Notes: generated by a model from the sequence alone, not told the origin. A stretch of 39,262 bases of DNA from Octopus bimaculoides (GCF_001194135.2 NC_068998.1:14480667-14519928); one strand, 5' to 3'. Positions 23,490 through 35,267 are shown, counted from the stretch's first letter. Numbers and translations: made by a program.

Positions 23490-23860
23490 ACCTTGACTGT
23501 AACTTTATTATTTTTTCTGCATAATTTCAAAACAAGATTGTTAATGCTTGTATTCCATAGTCGTAAGGATTTTGTGTAAAAATTCACTGTAGCAAAAGCT
23601 ACTATGGGTGTTTCTTGTAATCGTTTTTGGAAGGTTGATCTTCTCAAACGAATCTTTTAATATATTTTAGAATGGGTTTTTAACAACGCGTCGAAAAGCA
23701 ATTTCTTTAACTGTGTTTTACACATGTTGGGTTAGATATTTTTGGTCTTAATTTAAAGTTGCTTGGTGATAGAATAATAATGCCTATGCTTGTGGACTCT
23801 TTGTATGCGTCACATATTATTTTGCTTATCACAATTTCACATTTTGTAGCAATATCTATA
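23490..23860 (-). mobile_element. Penelope-like element RT core relic, inverted relative to 22950-23488
   Basis: Minus frames give SKIICDAYK..PSNFKLRPKISNPTC.KH, KPILKYIKRFV and FYTNIP-like/YDYGIQAL..YAEKI. These match PLE RT motifs LKLRPIV.GP.C.T, LLKPFL..VKSYVRD and LYTNIPH..G..AI. Confidence 0.8.
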
Positions 23861-24478
23861 CATGCCATCTGAAATACACAAGAATAAATATTGTTTTTAT
23901 TTAGCCAAAATATATGCAGAATTATGTCCTATATTTTTACCTGCTATATATAGCTCTAAGTACTTAAAGATATACTGATTGATGGACGTTATCCACCATC
24001 TTTGTTAGATGGTGGGATATGAGTTAAGAAAATAAATAACCCGCTTCCAAAAACAAGTACAACAAAACAACACATTTGAAATTTTAACCATTATGCTAAT
24101 CGTGTTCTTCGTTAAAGAGTTACCCGTTGAATGTTTGTTTATGCAATATACATACTTGAGAAGAGGCGCGAAATCTACACTTTTACATGTCCCAAGATTT
24201 TCGACTGTGAGAAAGTTTCTTATTAATATGCTCCGTAGTTGTAAGATATAAAGATAAACTTTATCTTCATTATCCTCTGCGAAGTGGACTACAAATCATT
24301 CAATATTTGCTGCTATTTCACCCTGTACAAAATTAAATATCACCACCGACATTATTGCTGTTTATTCCAAAATATAGACGCTCCCTCATTTCATTTAGCA
24401 CTGTGTCCCAGGAACACATCGTTATTTCATAAAATATAGACATGTATATTGTTATAGTAAGCACAGAAAATGCTTACA

Positions 24479-24701
24479 TACAAGGAGGTGCCGAAAACTT
24501 TCTGGCTTTAAATGATATCACGAAAAGTCTGATTGGAACCCTAATCTTCCGAGTTCTTTTACAGAGCTTAGAAAAACTGAAGGACTGCTGCATTAAGTGT
24601 GTGAATCTCAGAGGGTGATATGTTCAATAAAATCACAATTAACTGATGCTCCACTATTTTCTTTTACACAAAACCAGGAACATTTCAGGACCCAGGTCGT
24701 A
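24479..24701 (+). mobile_element. Mariner-derived MITE, TA-flanked
   Basis: TA|caaggaggtgccgaaaactttctggct ... aaccaggaacatttcaggacccaggtcg|TA. The interior encodes a mariner C-terminal remnant LEKLKDCCIKCVNLRG*YVQ*. Confidence 0.87.
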
Positions 24702-25007
24702 TTTGATATTAGTTTGCTTATTAGTAGGTCATTTTTACCTGTTCTCTTTTGGATATAAGCAGTTTGACCACACAAAAAGTACAAAATACAAAGGCCCTAC
24801 TTCGCAGTCCTTTAATATATTGTAACATTCACCTAATGAAATATTGCACTGAAAATAACATTTGAACGTGGATTCATAAATACTAGACAATATAAGTAAT
24901 CCAAATCTTACAATCCCATTAAAAAAAGTTAAGTGTAAGAAACGTGGGTGTGTGGCGTTCAATCCACCGTTCTTAAGAGGAGAGAGAAAGAGGGAGAGAA
25001 AGAAAAG

Positions 25008-25010
<3 letters not shown>

Positions 25011-25058
<48 letters not shown>

Positions 25059-25064
25059 GTCATG
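25011..25064. repeat. (TA)n microsatellite
   Basis: Direct reading. Confidence 0.98.
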
Positions 25065-26036
25065 AAACGGTGGGTACGTGGAAACGAAACATTTGCAGCA
25101 TCGACTTGTAAGCTTATCTCTGAAGTGCACAACACGAGTTCACTTACATATTGTATTTCACTTTAAGTAGACTAATGGAAGACTATTCTGTATCGATCAA
25201 TTTCAAAAGGCATAAAAGAATGAAAATCATGGTCGACCTAAATGTGATTAGCAGAAATAAAGTTCAAAGAAAATTCAAGTAGAACATTTCAAAGATCTAT
25301 AACTAAACTACATAGACGTATTCAAAATAGAAGCTTTGAGGTTTCGGTCATAATCTGAATTCAGAGCAAGATAGAAGTTTCTTCCTGGAAATTGAAATTC
25401 AATTAATTCAGAGCAGAACTGTTTAAATGAGTTATCTAAGAGTGCAATGTACATGTTATGATTCTCTAACTGCATCTAAATTCTTTGATCCATCAGCAAT
25501 AAAAATCCTAATACATTTGTGTTAATTATTTATTTCACGTAGAAGTAGCTATAAATAAATATTCATTTAAAAAATGTTTGCAGTTTCAATTATGGACAAA
25601 TGTAAAAGTTAATTGCTCCTGCCTTTCATTAATTACATTTATAATTTGAAAATATACATGTGAATTTATTATCTAGTTAATAGAAGACTGAACACCTTTG
25701 AATGTCATAAACTTTTTTTGGTACCTTCCTCGTTCAATAACTACTCAATAACAAAGAATTGCGTGCATTTAAAGCAATTTCTTATCAATTTCTTACCAAT
25801 TGCTGATGACAGAGTGTCGGCTCTTATACCTACTTTGCAAAACGGGGGTAAGAGAACACCGTCATAAAGAGTGCTCTGATTAGCTTTACTCTCGAGATGT
25901 AGCAAAAAGAAGCAAAAAGCAATCAATAAAGGTGTTCCATGTAATATTACACCTCAAAAGCAGTGTATTTTCAAGCGAAATTCCTAATTTCTATTGTCAG
26001 AATCTTCATATTCCTACTCTGATTGATATTTGGTAT

Positions 26037-26078
26037 TTGAATAGACTTAATTGAATAGACTTAATTGAATAGACTTAA
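26037..26078 (+). repeat. 3 x 14-bp perfect tandem repeat (ttgaatagacttaa)
   Basis: Units 26037-26050, 26051-26064 and 26065-26078. Confidence 0.95.
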
Positions 26079-26129
26079 TCCTGTTACAAAAGCTGTAACA
26101 AATACTCTCCTGGAGTTTACTTTAAATAG

Positions 26130-26330
26130 TTACATGCTAGCCTAATGATTCACATTCTAATTAATCTTCATTCCTTTCACGATCTGATATTCTTTCAGTT
26201 CAACATCTCCTTCTAAACTAACTCAATAATGTCGTCGGCTCCATACTTAGCCCTTACCCTTTTGTTCCTCATTTCAAGACAAATGCCTAGCAAGGCTTTT
26301 AGATCTTGAAGTGATACCTCAGTTGTTAAC
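26130..26330 (-). mobile_element. Possible Tx1/L1-group RT relic
   Basis: Minus frames YGADDII and LKEYQIVKGMKIN resemble YADD...L..Y...TGAKIN; heavily degenerate. Confidence 0.35.
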
Positions 26331-27208
26331 GTATGATGAATTGAATGAACCACACAAGCAATGAATCAAAAGGGAGCCTTTTAGCGTTCCTTTTCTCTAC
26401 TGGAAATACCAGATGCATGTCATTCAAATCATAAAACGTCATCTTGAAGGACATCTTGGATAATATAATCGGGTACACTATGTTCGAACGAAGAAAAAGA
26501 AAAGGGATGATCATAGATAGTATACTTTTGATTAAAGAACAGCTTGCTAAAGGCTGATTTGGTTTTAAGTAACATCGCATATGCAGAATATGTTAAACAG
26601 TTGTACGGAATCGAGTATATAGGGATAAGTGCTGTCAATGACACTTGGCAGGTGCTGTTTTACAGTTAAAGTTAATTGATTAGGATAATCCTGGAGTATT
26701 CTCTCAATTTGGACAAAATTATTGTAATTACACTCCAGCCAGTTAAAAATCGCTTGTCCCTATCCATCTACGTTAGAAACTCAAATTAGTTGAACTGAGT
26801 TTATTTAAAAGACTTTTAAAAGCACTTGCTTTTCATGATGTCTCTAAACAGTCTGAGCGTGCAATAAATGATTTTTCCAAATAACTACTTAGAAAATTTA
26901 AGTAGATATTCCACATTATGATTAAATGTACGTCAATAAATAAATCTTACTTCCTCAACTTCTTATACTTCGGCTCTTCCTAAGAAAGCATTCTCATCGA
27001 ATATTACTCTAATGCTCTGCTGATCTTGAAATTTTAATATCACTCTAATAAGAAGAAGTTTTATGAAAATAAGTTCTGTCCTTCACGTTGTCCTTGAATT
27101 ATTAAGTACGACCCAATGCTTGTACCAATAAGGAGGTAATACTATTGATACGTATCGTATCTGTGTCAGGCTGCATGATTCCCTGAGTTTCAGTTAGTTG
27201 TTTAAACC

Positions 27209-28487
27209 TATCAGGTCATCATATAAGTTTTGTCCGAATATTCAATAAAGAAACCAAGTGATCAAATGTTACATTTAAATGAAATTTAATCATCAGTGTA
27301 CTTTACCTGATTATCTATGACTTCCTTCCATCTATTTACAAGCCTTTTAATCCTGTCAATGTAAAAATCTTTTGGTTTCAAAGCGAAGAACTCTGAAATG
27401 TCAGTTTCGACCTCCTCCTGGCTTGCGAAAGTTATGTTCCCCAAATGATTCTGTAAACTACGAAGCAAATGGTAGTCTGAGAGAGCAAGGTTGGTAGAAT
27501 AAGGTGGATGAGGAATTTTTTCTTAACTAAGCTCTTCGATCTTCTGTGATATGGTCTTTGCAGTGTGGAGTCACGCATTGTCCTGATAAAACACCAGTCA
27601 TTTTCGATTCACAAAATCAGGTCTTTCTTTCTTCAAAGCTTCGTTCAAACGCTCTAATTGCTGACAATAGACTTGAGCATTGATTGTTGCATTTGGTGGT
27701 AACAATTCAAAGTGAATTACTCCTTTGCAATTCCACCAGATAGAGAGAAGAACTTTTTTCCCATGAAGTTTCCTCTCGGTTGTGGTTGAGCTTTTTCCAT
27801 TTTACCAAGCCACTGTTTACGACGTTTAACATTTCGATAGAAGATCCATTTTTCGTCACCAGTCAGAAGTCTATCCAAAAAGGGTGAAATGAGTTCGCGA
27901 GAATGGAGAGAAGAGAAGATGTCAACTCGGGATTTGCAGTTGCTTTCGGACAATTAATGAAACACCCATTTTCCAAATTTAAGAACGTTTCCAAGTTGTT
28001 GAAGATGACGATGAACAGTTGTTTGGTTTGAACTAAGCTTTATTGTCAATTCTTCAACTGATAATGCAGGATTTTCTTCAAGTAGCTTATCATCAAGCTC
28101 AATTTGACGTCCTGTTCGATCTTCATCTTCAAGGCTGAAATCTCCACTTCTGAATTTTGCAACCCATCTTCTGCAAGTTCTTTCATTCAAGCATTCTTTT
28201 CTATAAACTGAGTGTATGTTTCGAGTCGCTTCGGCAGCAGAGTTTCCTTTTTTGTACTCATAAAGCATTATGTGCCTCAAATGTTCTTTTGATACTTCCA
28301 TGTTAGAAAGGGTTTTAACCAAAGAAATCTTAATTCTATTATTCTTTAAAATAATATTTGATTAGTTTAAATGTATGCAAATGCATAAAAATAATTTTTA
28401 ATTCCACTAGACATTCTAAAATACTATTAAATTTCATTTAATTTTTAAAAAGGTAAAATCGGACAGAACTTATGGGATGACCTGATT
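27209..28487 (-). mobile_element. Near-full-length mariner (D,D34D) transposon with ~27-bp TIRs
   Basis: Left TA|tcaggtcatcatataagttttgtccga (27211-) and right tcggacagaacttatgggatgacctga (-28485) are inverted repeats enclosing the transposase. Confidence 0.95.
27286..28301 (-). pseudogene. Mariner transposase pseudogene
   Basis: MEVSKEHLRHIMLYEY..GNSAAEATRNI (HTH), GKWVFH (WVPH motif), TGDEKW, QDNA, HPPYSTNLALSDYHL and RWKEV. Several in-frame stops (the first right after WVFH) and a frameshift near 27770. Confidence 0.95.
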
Positions 28488-29379
28488 GATCAGCTTTGAT
28501 CAAATAGACGTATGAGGAACGGTGTTCATAGTCAGTGTAATGCGTCGTGTTCACATGAGCTATATTGTATTGAGGACGCTCTTATCTAGTGTGTCTCGCA
28601 GTTTTAACATTTAAGTGTGATTGAACTGCCGTTTTTGGAATTCGAGTGGTTACATGGTGGCTCTACCTTTCCTATTCCAAACGTTTGGCTATCGTTGGTC
28701 TAACCTAAATTTATTGGAGCTTTACGCTCTTTAGTAGTTAATAATGAACTTTTTTAGACATGTATGTCATTCCCCCCTTTCATAAAGACAAGAAGCTTAG
28801 AGCGTTTGCCAACGACAAGGCTGGTTGATATGTTGCTAGCTATACCAGATATAAAACATTAAGTAGATACACATATGTCAAAGAGAAGTGGAAAATTTTA
28901 GTGCAAATTCCTTCCTTCGCAGCCATCGATATCCTTTATTATATATGAAATAAGTATTACAAATGAGACGCAATCAATCAACCGATTAGATTTCTTGAGA
29001 CACGAAGCTGGTATATCTGATTACTAACAACAGTAACGTAAAGTTGGATACTTTATATACAATTTGCAGAAAACAACTCGAAGCTGACAATGTCAGCATT
29101 TTTGACATTGTTATTTTTTAGGCTCACCCAACTTTCAATATCGCTTGAACCATTTGAAATGATGGCCACATCTTTGTCATATCACAAGCTAGTACCTTAA
29201 ATTTAGAGAGAAATATTGTATTGTGTACGTCTCGATATATACATAAAAAAAATAAGATGGAGTAGAAACAGGTGGGAAGTTTTCATCGTAGATCTGATCA
29301 ATCACTGCCAACCAGGGGCTAAATAGCAAAAACAATAAAACCAATAACAACTACAGCGATAAACACCAGCAGTATTATT

Positions 29380-29580
29380 ATTATCATTGTTATCATTCCT
29401 TTCTTTAATATCGTCCTTGTCGTCTTCGTCGTTGTCATTGTACCGTCGTGGTGGTCGTCGATTCTGTAGCAACTGCGGCCTCCGTCATTTCCATCACCAC
29501 CTCTACCACCACCAACACCATCGCCACCGTCATCGCCACCGTCATCGCCGCCGCCACCATCACCATCATCATCATCATCA
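29380..29580. repeat. (CAT)/(CAC)/(CGT) trinucleotide low-complexity tract
   Basis: Direct reading. Confidence 0.9.
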
Positions 29581-29734
29581 GTCCCGCCCCAAGTAGTAAC
29601 GCATTAATCCTTTTCTAATATTTTAATTTTCTATTCAGTTTTTAAAATTTTTTTATCATTTACATCGTGAGAAAACATGTTTACGATAATTTACCTGTTG
29701 GCTATTGATTATCAACCTAGAGAGAAGGCGTTTG

Positions 29735-29764
29735 GAGAGGGAGAGAGAGGAGACAGTGAGAGGA

Positions 29765-29843
<79 letters not shown>

Positions 29844-29860
29844 GAGAGAAGGAGAGAAGA
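29735..29860. repeat. (GA)n microsatellite
   Basis: Direct reading. Confidence 0.95.
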
Positions 29861-30371
29861 TATTGTGTGACTTGTGGGTAACGAGCAGACAACAAAAGAT
29901 GAAATAAATTCAGTGACCTGAGGGACGTAGAGACGTTTCGATCGTTTCGATCAACAATTACTGGTAAACATCTTTCATTAATGGTTCCATAGTGATATTA
30001 ATCGAAAACAATTATTCTGATTTGTGTTGTAGGAGTTGAAAAGTATGGAAAGGCGGGATTAGGAAGGAATATGTGTGAGTATGCACACGTGGGGAAATGT
30101 GTGTGTATGTGTGCGTGCGCGCGTGTGTGAGTGTGTGTGTGTGTGTGTGTGTTGGTGCGTGTTCGAGAGAAGGTGAGTATATGTGCATATGTACGTTTTT
30201 GTGTGTTGTATTTGTTGAAACTGAAGATTGATTTTTATCTTGTAATTACCGAATAATTTGCTGAGAGAAAAAATGATAACTATTTTTGATATTGACAAGA
30301 GATCTGATTTGGTTGGAGGTTCGTCGTTGTTTTATAGAAGCTTTTTGTCATTTCTAGAATAAGCTTGCTTT

Positions 30372-30580
30372 TGGCAGGATGAGGTCGGTGGGCGGCCGAG
30401 TTTGTAAAGCCTCGAACTAAATGCCTTGCGGTATTTCATCTATTTAATTACATCGCTTTATGTTCGGGGTTTGAAATCCTGCTGAGGTTGACTTTGACTG
30501 TTTTAAAAAAATTTTTTTTTAGAGGATCGATAAAATGATGCAAGCAATAAAGTAGTGTGGCTGATAAAAATGACTGTCTT
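30372..30580 (+). mobile_element. Degenerate SINE family B copy
   Basis: aaatgccttgcggtatttcatct...ttatgttcggggtttgaaatcctgctgaggttgactttgac...gatcgataaaat matches the family B head and body. Confidence 0.75.
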
Positions 30581-30989
30581 ATCTGGCCTTCAATATGCTC
30601 TGGCGCAAACATTTATTTTTATATCAATATTTATATTTCGTCAAGATCCGTCTGAATAAAGAAATACAGATTAACCATTATTTCCTATACTAATACTTAA
30701 CCTACATGTCCGAGGGATTGCACTCTGGAATCCTGCAGAAAAAAAGATTGTTATATCTTGGGAGGGATGTTATACCAATAATAAATATACGCACTATTTA
30801 AATTTTATTTCTCCATTATTCATCTAAGTGGCTAGCTATTTAATTAAATAATAAATTGTTGAACCTGACCTGATGTAGAGAGAGCATGTTGATGAAGAGC
30901 TCATGGATGATGATGAAAAGTCATTGGTAAACACAACTGATTGATCGAATGGCTCATCAAACATTAGTTAAACAGAATTCTTTGTTATT

Positions 30990-31190
30990 GTTTAGCCACA
31001 GATCAACCAAGAATATGTCGTTTTGTGTTTCAGCCATCCTGTAGCTAACATTACACTTCTCAATGTAGTCTTAGGTAACATGGTTTTCAAGTGATCAGGG
31101 TGTGATTTAAGCGACATTTGGCTGCTATTGTTTTTGTTAGTTGGTCGGCCGACTTCATAGAATAAACTGAAAAGCGCCTCCTTTGAGAGT
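30990..31190 (+). mobile_element. Unclassified dispersed repeat (fragments also at ~993-1021 minus, ~13855-13900, ~32843-32873/33087-33130, ~37340-37370)
   Basis: The motif atttggctgctatt (31116) matches the reverse complement of ~1000-1021 with one mismatch. The gatcgag..tatgatcaaa and ccagctgtgatcatccc motifs recur at the other sites; linking them into one element relies on a remembered consensus. Confidence 0.4.
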
Positions 31191-31420
31191 TCAATATAAT
31201 TACAAAAATAACCCAATTATTTATAACTAAGTAATATCTTAATAAATGTCAGTATCACTAAAATACAAGATGTACCCGGTCACTTACTCAAGAATAGACA
31301 GCCTAGCAAATAGAGATATGATTGTCTATTTTTACACTGGCTGATGAGAGGAACAATTTTCGACATAGAAAGCGGAATATTTGCCATGGAGATTACGCAT
31401 ATTTCCCTTATAACGTGAAT

Positions 31421-31488
31421 TTACTTTTCTACTGCTTCATTTTTCTACTGCTTCATTTTTCTACTGCTTTATTTACTTTTCTACTGCT
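31421..31488 (+). repeat. ~4 x 16-bp tandem repeat (ttttctactgcttcat)
   Basis: Units at 31425, 31441 and 31457, plus a partial fourth. Confidence 0.9.
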
Positions 31489-32164
31489 AAAAATTTATGT
31501 TTCGCTTCAAATGACTATTAATTTATAACGAATATTCTGGAGCAATTGCGGTAAAAAGTACGTCAGAAAGACTTATTATGATGTACTCAGTAGAGTGCGT
31601 ATATGTCTTGTTCTCGAGTAAGCATATTTTAATTTCAATTCTGGAATGCATATCGATCTTTTTATTACTATAGAAAATACAAGAAATGCATTTATTAATG
31701 AGATGAATAAAATCATATTGAAGGGGGAAAATGCTTTAGAAAAACATAACACAATAAATAACTATCTCCAGTTACTTGAAGAAAGACCAAATTAAACCAG
31801 ATATATTGCAATATGTATGCAAAGAATTCGCTCATTTTTAATTGCAACGCAGATGGCATCCTTTTCTCTTTACTTCGGTTATGCATATATTAAATTAAAC
31901 ACATTAGAAACTTGAAAAACTAAAAAACAAAAAGACATTTTTTTCAGTTTTATAATGTATTGTAGTAATAGCTTGGCAGAGGATCACACATACATATGCA
32001 GATACATGTATACAAAATGCGTATACAGGTAGATATATATATATAAACAAAATTACACATTTAGACTGTGTAAAAGAACAAGCATTTATATATATGCATT
32101 TATGTATATATATATATATGCATATGTATGTATGTATGTATGTATGTACGTACGTATGTATGTA

Positions 32165-32797
32165 TTGAAATTTAACCGTTGTAAACAGTGGCTGGGTAAA
32201 AGGGAAAAAGCTCAACGACAACCGAGAAGGGAACTTCATGGGGAAAAGGTTCTTCTCTCTTTCTGGTGGGATTGCAGAGGAGTAATTCTCTTTGAATTGT
32301 TACCACCTAATGCAACAATAAATGCTCAAGTCTATTGTCAACAATTAGAACGTTTGAACGAAGCTTTGAAGAAAAAAAAAAGACCCACTTTAGTGAATTG
32401 AAAAGGAGTGATGTTTCATCAGGACAATGCGCGACGCCACACTTCAAAAATCAAATCACAGAAGATCGAAGAGCTTGGTGGGGAAAAAATTTCTCATCCA
32501 CCTATTTCTGCTGACCTTGCTCCTTCAGACTACCATTTGTTTCATAGTTTACAGAATAATTTGGGGGATATAACTTTCGCAAGACAGGAAGAAGTCGAAA
32601 CTGACATTTCAGAGTTCTTCGCTTTGAAATCAAAAGAGTTTTACATTGACGGGAATAAAAATCTTGTAAATAGATGGAAGGAAGTCATAGATAATCAGGT
32701 AAAGTACAATGATGATTAAATTTTAATTAAATATACCATTTGATCACTTGTTTTCTTTATTCCAAATTCGGACAGAACTTACTGGATGACCTAATGC
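32165..32797 (+). mobile_element. 5'-truncated mariner copy, same family as 27209-28487
   Basis: ORFs 32102-32401 and 32408-32719 give KQWL..ELHGEKVLLSFWWDCRGVI, HQDNA and HPPISADLAPSDYHLF. 3' TIR ttcggacagaacttactggatgacctaa. The 5' end is lost at a (TATG)n tract. Confidence 0.95.
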
Positions 32798-32873
32798 ATA
32801 CATATATGACGAAATCATTCCAAACTTTGTTGCCTTTGTTCACTGGATCGAGCAAATATCTGATCAAAATATT

Positions 32874-33086
32874 CTTTTGTACTCTGGGCACTAGGCCCGA
32901 AATTTTTGGGAAGGAGGCCACTCGATTAGATTGACCCCAGTGCGTAACTGGTACTTATTTAATCGACCCCGAAAGGATGAAAGGCAAAGTCGACCTCAGC
33001 GGTTTTGAACTCAGAAAGCAAAGACAGACGAAATACCGCTAAGCATTTCGCCCGGCATGCTAACGTTCCTGCAAGCTCGCCGCCTT
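32874..33086 (-). mobile_element. Full-length tRNA-derived SINE family B with ~16-bp TSD
   Basis: Minus head aaggcggcgagcttgcagg..gagttcaaaacc, central ttgcctttcatcctttcggggtcgattaaataagtaccag. Flanked by atctgatcaaaatatt (32858-32873) and atatgatcaagatatt (33087-33102). Confidence 0.93.
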
Positions 33087-33369
33087 ATATGATCAAGATA
33101 TTACACCAGTGACTATCTCATCATTTTGGTGTTTCTAGGACGACAGTATCTAACTTGCATTCTCTTCTGCCAGATTGCAAGTTCTTTATTTGATAGAAGT
33201 TCGGAGGCTGTTTCTACTCGGCCGAATCTTTGTCAGGAAATTTTTGTGAGTTGATTTTTCAAACTGTCAAGTACCAGTCCCATCGCAGGAAAATATGAAT
33301 GCATGCACAAATGTATACGCATGTACATATACATTGATGCATAAGTACACATATGCATGCATAAAAATT

Positions 33370-33689
33370 TTCATGAATTACCATGGGATTACATCTAGAA
33401 AGTTACCCTCCGAAAGAGAAGTCCAAGCAAGGTTGTTCGTGGAAGACCAGCAGTCCCCATGCATAGCAGACTCCCCTCTCTACGCAGCCGATGTTATCCA
33501 AGGGAAAGGCAAAGGCTGATGCAGCTTGGCACCAGTGCAGTCTCAACACATTTCTACAGTTAAGTGAACTGGAACAAGCTGAGATAAAATGTCGTACTCC
33601 AGAACACAACACACAGCCCGGTCTGGGAATCGAACACACTACCTCATGATTGTGAGCCCGATGCCCTAACCACTAAGCCGAGCACATGC
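33370..33689 (-). mobile_element. tRNA-derived SINE family C with CORE-like central domain
   Basis: Minus head ggcttagtggttagggc (A box) ... gtgttcgattccc (B box), then ttttatctcagcttgttccagttcacttaactgtagaaatg, which is CORE-like. Confidence 0.88.
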
Positions 33690-33714
33690 ATACTTTTTAT
33701 ATATACTCACACGC

Positions 33715-33721
33715 ATATATG

Positions 33722-33779
<58 letters not shown>

Positions 33780-33804
33780 TGGGGAGAGAGAGAGAGAGAA
33801 AACT

Positions 33805-33835
<31 letters not shown>

Positions 33836-33860
33836 AATACACACACACACACATATATAT
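33715..33860. repeat. (TA)/(GA)/(CA) compound microsatellite
   Basis: Direct reading. Confidence 0.95.
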
Positions 33861-34136
33861 ATAAATTGGAAACGTAAAAATAAAAACAAAACACAAAGGA
33901 TTCTGCGGTACACGTGTTTCAAGCTTTATAGTTGTTGCATCATTATTGGTATATAATTGATAGTATAAAGCTATCTTCAGCCGCAAATATATTCTTTCCC
34001 AAGAATTATATATATATATTTATATATATATATATATGTATGTTGCTTATTTTGATTCTAATCGCCTTATTTTGAAAGTGTATGGATAATACAGTACTAA
34101 ATTCTGGTGCTTCATCTTAAGCACCATATTCATCTG

Positions 34137-34139
<3 letters not shown>

Positions 34140-34186
<47 letters not shown>

Positions 34187-34245
34187 CCTCCCTCTCTCTC
34201 CCTCTCTCTCTCTATATATATATGTATGTATGTATGTATATTTAT
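34140..34245. repeat. (CT)n/(TATG)n microsatellite
   Basis: Direct reading. Confidence 0.95.
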
Positions 34246-34459
34246 ATGGGAAGGGAAGAAAGTGTAGGTGAGAAAGGGAAGAAATAAAAGAGTGGGAAAA
34301 CGACGTCACGAGCATTTCTTCACGAGTGTAAACAGATGCATTGGAAAGCATTTCTTTAGTTTAAATTGTGTCTAAAGCGATTCTTTAGAGTACTTCTCAT
34401 GAAGATGTTTCGACACTAACTCAACTCGCTGTCGATTCTGGATGTTCCTGCAACATTAA

Positions 34460-34523
34460 TGTAGTAGTAGTAGTAATAGAAGTAGTGATGGTGCTGGTGC
34501 TGGTGATGGTTTGTTTGGTGGTT

Positions 34524-34583
<60 letters not shown>

Positions 34584-34605
34584 ATATTAGTAGTAGTAGT
34601 AGTGT
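34460..34605. repeat. (GTA)n/(GTG)n trinucleotide tract
   Basis: Direct reading. Confidence 0.95.
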
Positions 34606-34960
34606 TAGGGAAATAGAAATGATATTCATGTGTTGTAGAAGTTTGCCTTGGGTAAAAGATTGAGTGGCTTTACTATTTTTTTTGTTTTTTTTTTGTTTTT
34701 GGGAAAATAAAAAATCATGTGAATGTTGCAGAGAAATCTGTAGTGGTCAATAATGAATGAAACAGCATTATACACAGACAGATATCTTGTGTTGGCAATT
34801 GGATGAGACTTACTCAGAAAAATGAATGAATAAATAAATAAATGAACCCCCCCCCAAAAAAATTATAAGAAAACAAAATATTCAGACTATAATTAATGTC
34901 TTGCAGTCAGTAACTTTTTGAAAGAAATAGTAAATTCAGTATGTGTGTGTGTGTGTGTGT

Positions 34961-35267
34961 NNNNNNNNNNNNNNNNNNNNNNNNNNNNNNNNNNNNNNNN
35001 NNNNNNNNNNNNNNNNNNNNNNNNNNNNNNNNNNNNNNNNNNNNNNNNNNNNNNNNNNNNNNNNNNNNNNNNNNNNNNNNNNNNNNNNNNNNNNNNNNNN
35101 NNNNNNNNNNNNNNNNNNNNNNNNNNNNNNNNNNNNNNNNNNNNNNNNNNNNNNNNNNNNNNNNNNNNNNNNNNNNNNNNNNNNNNNNNNNNNNNNNNNN
35201 NNNNNNNNNNNNNNNNNNNNNNNNNNNNNNNNNNNNNNNNNNNNNNNNNNNNNNNNNNNNNNNNNNN
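34961..35267. other. Assembly gap (N run)
   Basis: N characters following a (TG)n run. Confidence 0.99.

Noticed and set aside
23993-24015. Helitron 3' hairpin (ccaccatct-ttgtt-agatggtgg)
   Set aside because: A 9-bp stem is present, but no CTRR terminus follows at the expected distance.
26860-27100. Further Penelope C-terminal fragment on the minus strand
   Set aside because: Only a TFNHN resemblance to TFNPN; insufficient motif support.
29387-29895. His-repeat and Ser/Leu-repeat ORFs
   Set aside because: Derived from (CAT)/(CAC) and (GA)n repeats.
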